DNA from: Mobula birostris
Lineage: Eukaryota
Assembly: GCF_030028105.1 (NCBI RefSeq)
Contig: NC_092397.1
Location: 34,501,097-34,565,096, forward strand
Length of the DNA stretch: 64,000 nucleotides
Reading direction: 5' to 3'
The translations under genes were made by a program, and so were the position numbers. Positions 13,121 through 26,839 of the stretch are shown here, piece after piece. Under the pieces are notes generated by a model. That model was not told the origin of the DNA and did not search any database. It saw nothing but the letters and a program-made list of their open reading frames with translations. Position 1 is the first letter of the stretch. Every line of letters begins with the position of its first letter.

Positions 13121-13771
13121 ATGACCGAGACAGCACCCGCCGAAACGGCTCCTCCAGCCGCACCCGCCGCCGCAAAGAAGACTCCCAAGAAGAAGGCGGC
13201 CGGCCGGAGCAAACCAGCCGGTCCCAAACTGGGCGAACAAATCGATAATATTGTGGCGGATTGTCGCGATAGGAAGGGGATGTCCGCTGTGGCCATCATG
13301 AAGGCTCTGACCAGCAGCGGTGTCGATGTGGGGAAACGTCGCGCCCAGATCAGGATGTGCATCAAGAAGAGAGTGGAAAGCGGCTCCTTGGTTCAGACCA
13401 AGGGCGCGGGTCTTTCGGGATCCTTTAAATCCGGTCAAGGAAAAAGTGCTGTGAAAGCGGTGAAGAAAGCGAACAAGCCATCGGTAAAGAAATCTGCCAT
13501 CAAGAAATCTCCCAGCAAGAAGTCTGGCGCCAAGAACCCAGCGGCTAAGAAAGCGGTAGCTAAGAAACCAGCGGCTAAAAAAGCGGCAGCTAAGAAACCA
13601 GCGGCTAAAAAAGCGGCAGCTAAGAAACCAGCGGCTAAAAAAGCGGCAGCTAAGAAACCAGCGGCTAAAAAAACGGCAGCTAAGAAACCAGCGGCGTCGA
13701 AGCCAAAGAGCCCCAAGAAACTCGCAGCCCCGAAGAAGAAGGCGGCCAAGAAGACAGCAGTCAAAAAGTGA
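13121..13771 (+). CDS. H1: Linker histone H1 (216 aa), divergent globular domain
   Basis: TETAPA N-terminus, winged-helix end [14 protein letters not shown], Lys/Ala/Pro-rich tail, stem-loop 3' end. Confidence 0.96.
   Translation: MTETAPAETAPPAAPAAAKKTPKKKAAGRSKPAGPKLGEQIDNIVADCRDRKGMSAVAIMKALTSSGVDVGKRRAQIRMCIKKRVESGSLVQTKGAGLSGSFKSGQGKSAVKAVKKANKPSVKKSAIKKSPSKKSGAKNPAAKKAVAKKPAAKKAAAKKPAAKKAAAKKPAAKKAAAKKPAAKKTAAKKPAASKPKSPKKLAAPKKKAAKKTAVKK
13532..13696 (+). repeat. Coding 30-bp tandem repeat (about 5.5 copies, [10 protein letters not shown]) in the H1 C-terminal domain
   Basis: AAGAAACCAGCGGCTAAAAAAGCGGCAGCT units, near-identical at DNA level. Confidence 0.95.
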
Positions 13772-13807
13772 ATTGAGATATACCGTTTGTAAGTGTTTGA
13801 ACCCAAC

Positions 13808-13846
13808 GGCTCTTCTCAGAGCCACCCACATCTCAGAAAAGAGCTG
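13808..13846 (+). terminator. H1 3' stem-loop (GGCTCTTCTCAGAGCC 13808-13823) plus HDE AAAAGAGCTG
   Basis: Canonical hairpin followed by ACCCA. Confidence 0.95.
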
Positions 13847-14608
13847 ATCGTGAATATTGTGATTCCCGCTGTGGGTCCGACTGAGTTTTGCGGGGGAACT
13901 TACCGCATAAAACCCGATTTTCCCGGTACCTCTCTGACATTCAGAGCGGCCCTGACGTCCCAGATTTGAAGTGAAACACTGCGTTTCACTCGGGTTGTGT
14001 GTGTGTGAGAGAGAGTGAGACCGGTGGGGTGGTCTGCAGGCCCAGTTCGTTCTCCCGCTCCAGGACAGCGTGACTGAGATTCCGCGCCTCGCATCGCAAA
14101 GCCCGATTCAGCTGAGTTGATTGGGAACTGCTGAAACCTATGTGAGAGGGGGAGGGGGCGTCTTGAGAGAGGGATCTGTCTCTGGGGATGGACTGCAGGG
14201 GGAAGATATATGATAACCTACCCGGCGACTTTGCCGACTGACCTTCAATCAGGTACCAGCTACAAAAGTTTATTTTCACAACATTTACAAGAATAAAATC
14301 AAAAATATATAATTACCGCTCTCGGAAATCTCCCACTGTACCCATCGCGACCGCATGCTCCCACTCCAAGGACAGCCGGGCATGTCGAAAGCAAACAAAA
14401 CGGTAACAGCCGCAGCAGCTGTACATGCCAAGTTTGTGGGAGAAGTGAAGGGCCAGATGAGACCCTGACAGGGAGGGAGCGCGTTCATCTCCTGTCTCTC
14501 GCTGAATTAACCTGTCGGCACAGAACAGCTGATGATTGCAGTCAGTTAATGCAAAACCGAACAACCCCATCAGGAAGGCAGATCGTCACTACAATAATCA
14601 GCAAGCGA

Positions 14609-14649
14609 CAGCCCTTTCCTTTGCTGTGGTAGTGGCTCTTAAAAGAGCC
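14609..14649 (-). terminator. H3 3' stem-loop (14634-14649) plus HDE
   Basis: Reverse complement GGCTCTTTTAAGAGCC...GGAAAGGGCTG. Confidence 0.95.
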
Positions 14650-14678
14650 TTTTCTTGTGCTTGTTGTGGAGGCTGGGT

Positions 14679-15095
<417 letters not shown>

Positions 15096-15159
15096 TCACA
15101 ACCGACAACACAGGCTGAAATACAGGAACAAGATAGACGAAACGTGCTTCAGGACAGGA

Positions 15160-15240
15160 TTTTATACTTTTGGAAAGGGTCTGCCCATCACCTCTGATTG
15201 GCTGAACCAGGTGTCTATTAAGGTTCCTTACTGCGATTGG
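15160..15240 (-). promoter_or_regulatory. H3 promoter: TATAAAA and two CCAAT boxes
   Basis: TTTTATA 15160-15166; ATTGG at 15197 and 15236. Confidence 0.8.
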
Positions 15241-15691
15241 TTGATTCCTTTCCTGTAGGCTGGCGGCGAATAAAAATTTACGACAAATAAAAATTTGCCG
15301 CGCGGTCGGACTTCATTGATGCAGAGTGATTGGCGCCGGATTAATTTAAAATCGCCTGGCAATTGAAGACCACCCAGCAACGGTGCTTGATTACATTTTA
15401 TTTACAATTAATTGTATGACGAATTATACAAATTCAGTTTCGTTTAATAAATTTAATATCTAATTTCCTCAGTTAAGATTTAAATTCACAACTGCAGAAT
15501 CGTTCTCTAAACGAGTGAACTGATTTCTGTTCGAAACTGATAGAGGATTAAAATCGATCCTAATGCAGGTTTTGCGGTAATCACTGACTGGAAAGGCAGA
15601 ATTGCAGTATGTTTCAAGCGGATTCGATCAATCTGTTTCAAATGCAACCCAACTGAATGTATCGATAAAAACTAATTAAAAGTCTGCGGAT

Positions 15692-15733
15692 ACGGCTCCG
15701 TTTGTGAGGCGGTGGGTGGCTCTTAGAAGAGCC
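15692..15733 (-). terminator. H4 3' stem-loop (15718-15733) plus HDE
   Basis: Reverse complement GGCTCTTCTAAGAGCC ACCCA. Confidence 0.93.
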
Positions 15734-15766
15734 TTTGTTTTGTGCTCAGAAGGAGGTGGGAGTTTT

Positions 15767-16087
<321 letters not shown>

Positions 16088-16131
16088 TCACTCAGGTCGC
16101 TGCTCACTGACAAACTGCCTGCTGCTGTCTC

Positions 16132-16200
16132 CTTTTATACACAGCGCCCCGACCTGCCCGAGAAACGCGCAGAGAGACAGAGGCGGGGAGGGGAGGAGAC
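16132..16200 (-). promoter_or_regulatory. H4 promoter: TATAAAA, CAGGTC site-II-like motif, GC-rich box
   Basis: Reverse complement GGCAGGTCGGGGCGCTGTGTATAAAAG. Confidence 0.65.
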
Positions 16201-16599
16201 AGAGTCAGAGTGACGGACAGAGCCGAGAGCGGCCTCTCATCGTCCAGCTCCGCCTTCACTTTACCACAACCGCCAATTTCCAACGATTCATCCGACACGA
16301 AGCGCTCCAGCGAAAAACAAAACTCCCTCACACACCACGTACATACTATGGGTTTTCTGGGAATTTGCCGATTCTCCTGCTTTAAATTAAAGGAAGTGCT
16401 TTTCCATTCTACAAATCCCCGAGGACCTCGGTCTGTCCCTCCCGGCCCCATGACCAGTGTCAGCGCCCTCACACACAGCAGTTGGTGGGAGAGGGTGCAG
16501 TCACTTCCAGTGATGAGGGGGTTGATTCATTAGAACAATTGTTCCTCTGGGTCGTCAGGGAAATGAAAGACTGGTCACATACAAGAACAGGATACATAA

Positions 16600-19430
16600 C
16601 CAGATATATAGACCGCGCTTCTGGCGCCTTCTAAAGCCCAGGTAAAGGGGTGGCTGAGGAGCTGGTGCGAGGTGGGTGGTTCTTCAGGTACAAGGATCTT
16701 TGGGTCTCAAGGGAAACGAGAGGCGGGTCCAAGGAGGAGGGGAGCCAATATGTTTCCGGGGAGCCTTCTTCGTGCTACACGGAAGGGTTTAAACGAGCAG
16801 GGATGTTAAGTCCTACACAGTGGTTTTAGAGAACTAGGTTTAAAAAAAGCAGGACTTCCAGGATTGTAATCGCGGAATTGTGACCAAAACCATGCGCTAG
16901 TGTGGTGGGAAATCGATATTTCGCGCAGTTTAATATGTTGCTGAGGAACTGATGCAGGAGGGAGGTTTTCAGATTCATGGATTCATGGGTGGTCCAGGCA
17001 GGTGGGAGACCGGGACAAACAAGACCATTTGCATTTCAACCGGACCGGAACCAATATCTTCACCAGGAGGTTTGATGGTGTCACTTGGCAGAGTTTGAAC
17101 TGGAGTAGCAAGTGGGAGAATGTATGTATGACAAGACAGTCTGAAAAGAACGAGCGCCAATGTCAGGCTAATAAACATGGTGGGATTGCTGGGCTGAAAT
17201 GAGTTTATTTCAACATTAGGAGTTTTATGTTGTCGGACGGACAGGGCTGGCAGCTCAACATTCCTGGGTTTGATTGTTTTACATGTGAGTGGGGGTGGGA
17301 GGGGGGGGTTAAAAGATGCAGAGGTTACCCCACTGGGAATGTCACTGCAAACTGGAAGGTTCATTTACAGAGGCAATCTGCAGTTACACTGTTGGGATGT
17401 TTGCACTGGCCCCACAATAACCAGTGGGGGGACTTTATCTTCCCTAGAATTGACTGGAATTTGCTCAATACTAAGAAGCGCAAGATTTCTTCAGTGAATC
17501 TGAGGAAAGTTTGAAACATTATGTCGAGCCCAACCAGAGTTGAGAACATGTGGGAATTAGTTTTGGGAAATGAACCAGACCAGGAGACAGCCAAGACTCA
17601 GTGAAAATTTTGGGATCTTATATTTTTCTTAGTTATGAGTAAGAATAAAATTAGATCTTGTAAGAAGGTACTAAATTGCAGGAGGGCAAGATAGGACGCA
17701 GTAAGACAGAAGCCAAGGGGCATTGATTGGGAGCAGCCACATGTGGGAGTTGTTTAAAGACCACCAGGTCAGAGTTAAATATTGAGGTACAGGATTTATG
17801 CACATTTGCAAAGGCATGGCCTGCTTAGGGACAATCAGCATGGTTTTGTGTGGGCAGATCATGCTTGACAAAGTTGCTCGAGGTTTGTGAGGTGATGACA
17901 GAGACTAAGGTATAGGAGTAGAATTAGACCATTTGGCCCATCGAGTCTGCTCTGACATTTCATTGTGGCTGATCCATTTTTCCTCTCAGCCCCAATCTCC
18001 TGCCTTCTCCATGTGTCCCTTCATGCTCTGACCAATCAAGAATCTATCGATCTCTACCTTAAATATACCTTGGCCTCCACAGCTGCTGCCTGTGACAACG
18101 AATTCCACAGATTCACCACTCTCTCTAAAGAAATTCCTCCTCATCTCCATTCTAAAAGGATACTCCTCTATTCTGCGGCTGTGTCCTCTGGTCTTACACT
18201 CCCATCCTCTCCACATCAACTTTATCACAGTGATAGGTTTCAATTAGTCATCCCTCATTGTTCTCAATTCCAGTGAATGAAAGGCCCAGAGCCATGAAAT
18301 GTTCTTCATATGACAAGCTGTTTGATCCTGGAATCATTTCAGAGAATCTCGTTTGAAACCCATCCAGTTTCAGCTCACCCTTCCATACAGGGCCCAAAAC
18401 TGCTCCCAATACTCCAAGTGAGACTTTGCCAGTACTTCATAAAGTCTCAACATTACAGTCTTGTTTTTATATTCCAGTCCTCTTGAAATGAATGCTAACA
18501 TCACAGTTGCCTTTCTCAGCAGAGACCCAACCTGCAAATTAGCCTTTAGAGAATCCTGCACAATGACTCCCAAATCCCTTTGTACCTCAATTTTTTGTAT
18601 CTTCTCTCCATTTAGAAAATAATCAACCCTACTATTTCTTCAACCAAAGTGCATGACCATACACTTCCCAATTCTGTATTCCATCTGCCACTTCTTTGCC
18701 CATTCTCTTCATCTGTCTGTCCTTCCCTATTTCCTCAAAAATACCTGCACCTCCACCTGTCTCTTCATATCATCTGCAAATTTTGCAATAAATTCATGAA
18801 TTCCATCATCCAAATCATTGACATATAATGTGAAAAGAATGAGACCCAACATCTTGGTGCTTGATGAGGGCAAGGCTGTGGACATGATCCACATAAACCT
18901 CAGTACGGCATTTGAAAAAGAGCAGTGGGATTCAATATAAATTGCAATTTCAATTCAGAAATGGCTTTCTCATAGAAGGCTAAGTAGGGCTGGAAGTCTG
19001 TGAGCAGTGGTGATCCACAAGGATTGATGCTGGGAATTATGTTGTTTCTGATATATATCGATGTTTGGATGAAAATGTTGATGGGCGGTTTACAAGTCTA
19101 CAGGTGACAGCAAGATAGGTGGAATTGTGGACAGTGTAGATATTGATCAATGCACACAGTGGGATACAGATCACAAACAGATATGCAGAGTAGCTGCAGA
19201 AGGAATTTAATCTGGGAGGGAATGTGGCGTTGCAGTTTGGGAGGTCAAATGAAAGAAGAAAGTATAATGTTAATGTCTGACCCCTTCACAGCATTGGTGT
19301 AAAGAGTGATCTTGGGATCCAGGCACATAGTTCACTGAATGTGGCTACACAACGGGATAAGGTGTGCAGAATGCTGGTTTCCACTGGTCAGGGTGTTAAG
19401 CATAAGAGTAAGGGTGTCATGTAATATAAC
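16600..19430. mobile_element. Degenerate CR1 fragments (ORF1 esterase, endonuclease and RT pieces; minus-strand 3' piece about 17910-18850)
   Basis: 17227 (GQGWQLNIPGFDCF), 18370-18573 minus (MLAFISRGLEYK...HLEYWEQFW). Confidence 0.7.
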
Positions 19431-19460
19431 GTACAGGGAATGGACCATGTGCAGGTAGGT

Positions 19461-19815
19461 GTATTCACCTCCTTCAAGTCAGTATTTAGTCGATGGACCG
19501 TTGGCAGCAATTACAACCATGAGTCTATGTGGATAGGTCACTATCAGCTTTGCACATCTGGACACTGCAATTTTTCCCATTCTTCCTTACAAAACTGCTC
19601 AAGGTCTGTCAGAATGCACAGAGTTTATGAGTGAACAGCCCTTTTCAAGTCCAGCCACAGACTGAGGTCTGGACTCTGACTTGGCCACACCAGGACATGA
19701 ACTGTGTTGTCTTAAGGCATTCCTGTGCAGCTTTGGTTTTAAGCTCGCAGTCATTGTCTTGCTGGAAAACAAATCTTTTCTGAAGTCTCAGTTCTCTTGC
19801 AGATTGCATTAGGTA
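19461..19815 (-). mobile_element. Tc1/mariner DNA transposon fragment (transposase C-terminus)
   Basis: Minus-strand translation gives FVFQQDND...VLVWPSQSPDL...LEQFCKEEW...IAVSRCAKLI. Confidence 0.8.
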
Positions 19816-19859
19816 CAGCTCATCCTTAGGGAACGTGTGGTTTGTGGAGGGATGATGAT

Positions 19860-20205
19860 CTGAGGAGCTGGGTGACAGGCAGAAAAGGCAAAGCGATGAA
19901 GAGAAAGGAATCCAATAGGAGAGAACTTTGGACCATGGGATGACACGAAGGAGGTGGAGAACCAGACAGAGTTGATGGGCAGGTCATGAGGGTGTGTGAA
20001 GAGAGGTGAAGGGGTTAAATGGTATCAGAATGGGGCTAAAGAAGTGGGGGTGAGGGAAACAGAGTGTAGTGATATCCGGAATTGGTAGAAATCAATGTTC
20101 ATTCTATCAAGATTGGAGGCTGCACAGTCAGAATATGAGGTGTTGTTCGGCCAACCTGTACTTGGCTTCGTCGTAGCAGTAGAGGAGGCCACATGCAAAC
20201 ATGTT
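19860..20205 (-). mobile_element. Penelope-like element remnant (end of GIY-YIG ORF plus purine/pyrimidine-biased pLTR sequence)
   Basis: Frameshifted EQHLIF*LCSLQ...MNIDF motif at 20090-20150 on the minus strand. Confidence 0.6.
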
Positions 20206-20270
20206 GGTGATGGCTCTCCGCTGGTCAGGGTCGACCATGGATATTGCGCCCTAGCTGTGGAAATCGATAT

Positions 20271-20707
20271 GCAAGTCGGGGAAGTACGATACGTAAAGCA
20301 AGTCGGGGACGTACGATACGTAAAGCAAGTCGGGGACGTACGATACGTAAAGCAAGTCGGGGACGTACGATACGTAAAGCAAGTCGGGGACGTACGATAC
20401 GTAAAGCAAGTCGGGGACGTACGAAACGTAAAGCAAGTCGGGGACGTACGAAACGTAAAGCAAGTCGGGGACGTACGAAACGTAAAGCAAGTCGGGGACG
20501 TACGAAACGTAAAGCAAGTCAGGGACGTACGAAACGTAAAGCAAGTCGGGGACGTACGAAACGTAAAGCAAGTCAGGGACGTACGAAACGTAAAGCAAGT
20601 CGGGGACGTACGAAACGTAAAGCAAGTCGGGGACGTACGATACGTAAAGCAAGTCGGGGACGTACGAAACGTAAAGCAAGTCGGGGACGTACGAAACGTA
20701 AAGCAAG
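20271..20707. repeat. CpG-rich minisatellite, 16 x 27 bp (GCAAGTCGGGGACGTACGAWACGTAAA)
   Basis: Head-to-tail units with only three variant positions; no spacers. Confidence 0.98.
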
Positions 20708-20829
20708 CAGTCGCCCATGCAGGAGCTGATGAATCCAGAGCAACAGCGGAGATCGATGGAGTCAAGCACCAGCGGTGTCGCAGGATTGCCAGTCTGCACT
20801 GAACATCAGACCATCAGACCGACAAGGAG

Positions 20830-23800
20830 TTAGTGTTCACAGTGGGGACACAGAAAACATCCCACAGATATCTGATGGTGACATTTCAATATTGTGCCAT
20901 AATGTGTAACAACCGCCGTCTCCAGGGAGAAACTAATGGGACTAAAAGCAAACATTACCAGGTCCCAACGACCTGCACTAAAGTCTGGAGAGAAAGGAGA
21001 GAAAGGAGAGACATTGAAGTCTGTCAAAACTCACTGTTACAGAAAGGTCCCAGTTAGTTGAAAACCATTGTTGAAGAATGGTGGAAGGTAACTGTAGTCC
21101 TGTTAACTTCACTTCAGGTACTGGAGTCGATAATCTATCAAGAAATAGCAAATCATTTCGAAAAGTTTAATGTCATTGAACTAAGTCAACAGGGTTTACA
21201 GTCAGATTCACACAGCACAGAAACAAGACCTTCAGCTTAAATTGTCCACGATGACCAAAGTTTCCATCTGAGCTCGTGGTCTGCAACCCCCTCACCACCA
21301 CCAACTGGAAAAGTTGCCCTTCAGGTTCCTATTAAATCTCATCTTAAACCAATGCCCTCCAGTTCTTGATTCCCCAACACTGGCAAAATGATTGTTATCT
21401 TTGACCCAACTCAGGCCCCTTATTATTTTTTTACACCTCTGCAATATCATTACTCATTCTCCAACATTCCAGGGAAAATTGACCAAAACGCTTTCCACAA
21501 ATCAGTCCTTCAAGATCCAGCAACATCCTCGTAAACCTCCTCTGCTCTCTTCCCAGCTTAATGGTGTCTGTCAGACAGCAGGGTCACTAAAACTAAACAC
21601 TATTTGCGAAATGCAGCCAAACCAACGTGTTGGACAACTGCAACATTTCATCCCAGCTTCTATATTCGGTGCCCTGACTGAAGGCCAGTGTTCCAAAAGC
21701 CTCTTCACCACCCTGTCCATCTGGAACCTGGTCTTGGACCCTGTAACCTGGGTTGCTGAACGTTCAGTCATGTTTGACAAACATACCAGAGATTTGAGAC
21801 TTTACAGGGGAAGTTGGAGAAGCGGTGTTTTTGGATTTTCGGGAGCCATTTGCCAAGGTGCCACATGTAAGGCTGGTGCACAAGACCAGAGCTCAGTACT
21901 GGGAAGGAAGTGTGTTAATACTGACTGAAGACTGGTTACCATACTGAGACAGAATAACAGGTCTGTTTCAGACTGGGATGATATTACTAGTGGAGTTTCC
22001 CAGTGACCAGTTCTGGATCGACAATGATTTATTATTGATATTAATGACCCAGAGGAGGGAGGTCAATGACAGGGAATGTGGTGGGGGACATGATGTGATT
22101 GGACATTTCATCTCTCCAACAGGATAAGAAGAAGCTGGTGAGTAGAATACTTGGTAAATGGAGTTTAATGTGGTGAAGTGTGATGGCATGTAGAATGGTA
22201 GGAGGAATCAAAAGTCAGACTGTGATTTATGTGGAGATAAATTGTAAACGAGAGAAATAGAGAGGGGTCAAGGTGCTGAACTACACAACAAAATAGAGAC
22301 GGGAGCAGTGAGTGGTTCATAAAACCATATATGACCAAGGTTCAGAGGTGAATGGTTCATTGACATTTACTGCTGGGGTGTTGGTGCAGAGAAACAGAGA
22401 AGTGTTGTTACCGTGACAGACAAGTGCACAATGATGGATTTTGGGAAGTTAAAGCAAGTCAGGATGTACCCATTGAATGGAGGGTCCTGAGGAGTGTTGA
22501 TGAAAGAGAAACCTGGGGCACAGATGCATAATTCCCTGAAAGTGCCAACACAGGTAGACACGGTGGTGAAGAAGGAACACGACATGCTTGTCTTCATCGG
22601 CAAAGGCTATGAGAGGAGTTGGGTCATCACATTACAGTTGTACATATCAATAATGACACCACACCAGGAGTACCCTGTGCAGTTCTGGTCACATGAGAGG
22701 AAGGATGTGATTAAGCTGGAAAGGTGCAGAAACAATTCACAGGAATGTTACCTGGACTGCGGGGCTTGAGTTACAAGGAAAGATCAGACCGACTGGGACT
22801 GTCTTCCCTGGAGTGAAGGAGACTGAGGGGAGACCTGACAGAAGTTTATAAAACTATGAGAGGTGTAGACAAGGTAAACAGGCAGAATCATTTTGCCAGG
22901 GTAGAAATATCAAATATGAGAAGGTGCAGCTTTAAAATGCCAGGGTGAAAATTTAAAGGTGGACGTTAGGGCAGGTAAGATTTCTGTTTTTGTACAGAGA
23001 GTGGTGAGGGCCGGGTATGGGCTGCCTTGGGGAGTGGTGGAAGCAGATATGATAATGACATTTAACAGGGTTTTAGACAAGTCCATGAATATTCAGAGAA
23101 TTTAAGCACATGAATTATAAGCAGGCAGAAGAGATTTAGTTTCATTTGGCATCGTGTTCAGCACAGACATCATGGGAAGAAGGGTCTGTTCCTGTGCTGT
23201 ACTGTTCTGTGTTCTCGGTGAGCCTCAGTGACAGGGGAGTCTTTAGCCGGGGTCACAGACAGGTGTATCTGTGGTAAGGAGACAGACTGCAGGATGATGC
23301 ATTACCTCCCTGGTACCAGGGTCGAGGATGGAACTGAAAAAGTACAGGCCATTCTGAAAGGGCAGGGTGAGCAGCCAGAGGTCGTGGTCCATATTGGCTC
23401 TAACAAAAGAGACAAGTCCTGCAAAAAGAACTTAGGGAGTTGAGGAAAAGTTAAGTAGAAACTCTGTGGTGGGGGTGGGGATAATCCCAGTGCCACCTGC
23501 TAGCGAGGAAATAAATAAAAAAGGTATTACAGTTCCGGCCCAAAACAGTGACTTTTCGTTTTGACCCCAGCATCCGCAGAGTATTTTGTGTTTACAGAGA
23601 TCCAGCTGAGAGAAGGGCAAGACTGGTAGTGAAACATTCCAGGATTCAGATGATTCAGACAGTCCAGAGGGAGGTGAATGAGGTTGGGGATCTGTACGGC
23701 TGATCAGGCAGAATGTCACAAGGTCAAGGTCACCCTGGAGGCTCCTCCAGTCAGACAATGTGGGTAGAGTTCAGGAATAAGAAAGGAGCAATCTCCGTGC

Positions 23801-26800
23801 TAGGATTATACTGGAAGCCTCACAACAGCCAGTAAGAGAGGAACAGATATGTCGGCAGGTTATGGACTGATGTAAAAACTACAGAGTAGATTTGGTGAGT
23901 GAATAACCTCCCCAGAGTAACTGGGACTCCCTTGCACCGAGGCTTGGATGGAGCATTATTTGTGTTCAGGAAGGTTTCCTGAAACAATATGTCGTCCACC
24001 AGGGAGAGGGACATTCTTGACTTCACCTTGGGAAATATGGGACTCAACAGAGTGGTGGCAGGAACAACCATGTTCTGAGAGGAATTAGACAAGTCCTTCA
24101 GGGGAAATGACCTGCAGAGCTGTGGGTACAGTGGGGAATGGGATTGTGGAAATGTTGTAGCAGGAGTTGGTATAAATTTGATGAGTCAAATAGTCTCGAC
24201 GATCACAGAATGATTCTCCGCCCAATAATAGTCTGAAAAAAATCACTCTGGTCGCCAGTGAATCTACCAAACTCCAGGATGGACAAGATCAATTGTGTAA
24301 TAAGGACACACTTCTGTCGAAACACTGACACTATATACCAAGTACACTGAGCTGCCAGAGCACAACACCGGCCAGTGAGGACACAGACCAGTACAACACC
24401 CAGCTCTCTACTACAAAGTTCAAAGCTGAAAGTAAATGTATTATCAAAATACATTTCTGTCACCATATACAACCCTGAGATTAGTTTTCTTGTGGGCATA
24501 CTGCTGGTTTGTTAGAGCGGTTGGGGAGGGTTTAAATTAATTTGGCAGGAGCATGGGAACTGGTGTGAAAGGATGCAGGATAGGACAGATGGTAAAAAAG
24601 CAAAGATCGCATGCAGTCACACTGTCAGGAAGGGCAGGCAGATGACAGGACATAACTGCAGCCAGCAGGATGAGCATCAGTGCATGAGGAATGCAGAATC
24701 AATAAGGGTAGCAAATGCAGAACTCAAACTGTTATATCTCAATACACGGAGTGTAAGAAATAAGGTGGATAATCTTATTGCCCTATTACAGATTGTCATG
24801 TTTAATGTTGTGATCATCACTAAATCACGGCTGAAGGATGTTTCTAGTTCGGAGCTAAATGCCCCAGGTTACACGTATCAGAGGGATAGGAAGGTAGACA
24901 ATGGAGATGGCATGGCTCTGCTGGTAAAGAATGGTAACAAATCAGTAGAAAGATGTGACACAGGATCGGAAGATGTTGAATCATTGTGAGTTGAATTTAA
25001 AAACTGCAAGTGTAAAAAAGACTTTGATGGTAGTTGTTTACAGGCCTCCCAACAGTTGCTGGTATGTGGACCACAGATTACAACAGGAAATAGAAAAGGC
25101 AGGTCAAAAGGGCAATGTTGTGGAAGGAGAGATTTCATCAGAGTCATGGGAGATTTTAACATGCAGGTCGATTGGGAAAATCAGGTTGGAAATAGATCTG
25201 AAGAGAGTGAGTTTGCTGAATGCTGAACAGATGGCTTTTTAGAGCAGTTTGTTATTGGGCTACTAGGGGAACAGCTATACTGGATTGTGTGTTATTGAAT
25301 AAACTGGAGGTGATTAGGGAGCTGAAGGTAAAAGAACCCTTAGGAGGCAGTGATCTCAGTATCATTGAGTTCAGCTTGAAATTGGACAGGGAGAAAGTAC
25401 AGTCTGACACAGCAGTGTTTCAGTGGAGTAAAGGCAGTTACAGTGGTTTGAGAGAAGAGTTGGCTAAAATAAATTGGAAGGAGATGCTGGCAGGGATGGC
25501 AGCAGAGAAGTAACAGTTTCTGGGGAGAATGAGGGAGGTGCAGGATGAATGTATTCCAAAAACAAATAAATACTCAAATGGCAAAATAGTACAACCGCGG
25601 CTGACAAGGAAATCAAAGCTAATGTAAAACCAAAAGGGAAGGCATATAACAAAGCAAGGCAGCAGAAAGGGAAATATAGACCAGTTAGACTGACCTCAGT
25701 GGTTGGGAAGATACCGGAGTCAATTATTGAAGAGTATTGGAAACACAGGACAAGAAAGGACAAAGTCAGCACGGTTTCCTTAAGGGAAAGACTTGCCTGA
25801 TGAACCTGTTGGAATACTTTGAGGAGATTACATGCAGGATGGATAAAGGGGATGCACTGATGTCATATATTTGGACTTTCAAAAGGCTTTCTTTGACAAG
25901 GTGCCACAAATGATCCTGGCAATAAAAGGATTAATGCATGAGGGTGACCACTAGAAGTGGGAATGGTGCTGGAGATGGACAGACCCAGAGTTTCCGGGAT
26001 GCTGAGACCAGAGATTCAGTGGGTTGGTCAAACCTGAGGTCAGGCTGCAAATAGTTTGGTGACTACCACGACTGGAAAGGGGAAGAGACAGACAGTGCAA
26101 TGTCTCCCTGTGGCTGTGACCCTCAGCAACAAGTACACTCCTTTGGATACCCCTGGGAGGATGACAAACCAGAGAACAGCAGCCCGTCACGTCAGTGATA
26201 CTGACACCCCGGTCCGATGCTCCGCGGGAGGAAAGGTCAATCACAGCAGTGATGACAACAGACTCACAGTACAGGGGATGTGCAGGAGATTCTGTGGCAG
26301 AAAGAGAGATGCCACGGTGGGGTGCCCCCTCCCGGGTACTGGGGTCAGGCACGTCTCCGATGTGCAGGATTTCCTAATGATAAACTTGCCAGTTGATTTG
26401 GTGGTAAGGAAATCAAATGCAACGTCAGCATTCATTTCAAGAAGACTACAACACAAAAGCGAGGATGTAATGCTCAGAGTTTATAAGGCATTGGTCCGAT
26501 CACACTTGGTATTGTGAACTGTTTTGGGCCCCTTCTCTAAAAAGGTACGTGTTCACAGGAGGTTCACAAGAATGATCCTGGCAATAAAAGGGTTAATGCA
26601 CAAGGATTGTTTGCTGGCTCTCGGCCTGTACTTGCTAGACTTTAGAAGAATGAGGGAATCTCATTGAAACTTATCAAAAATAGAAAGACCTACAATGGAG
26701 TGGGGAGGATGTTTCCGATAGCGGGGCAGTCTGGGATCACAGGGCACAGCCTCAGAATACTAGGACATCCTGTTAGAACAAAGATCAGGTAAAACTTCCA

Positions 26801-26830
26801 TACCAAGGGGTAGTGCATCTGCACAGCCTG
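20830..26830. mobile_element. Patchwork of older CR1 fragments (ORF1 esterase, endonuclease, RT, 3' UTRs)
   Basis: 23228 (YLPGTRVED...PEVVVHIGSN), 24573-25513 endonuclease pieces, about 25680-25910 RT start, 22494-23215 3' end. Confidence 0.75.
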
Positions 26831-26839
26831 TGACAGGAT

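Noticed and set aside
20271-20707. CRISPR-like array
   Set aside because: Units are contiguous with no unique spacers, there are no cas genes, and the context is vertebrate.
20244-20729. Protamine-like ORF (KASRGRTKR)n near the histone cluster
   Set aside because: Frame has no ATG (TTG start only), no promoter and no stem-loop or poly(A) signal; it is open only because the 27-bp unit lacks a stop in that frame.
20025-20802. Other long repetitive ORFs (QVGDVRNVK, FTFRTSPTC, LYVSYVPDL)
   Set aside because: By-products of the minisatellite joined to TE remnants.
23598-23673. Apparent + strand exon with good splice sites
   Set aside because: Sequence is a decayed CR1 endonuclease segment (LREGQDW..NIPGFR).
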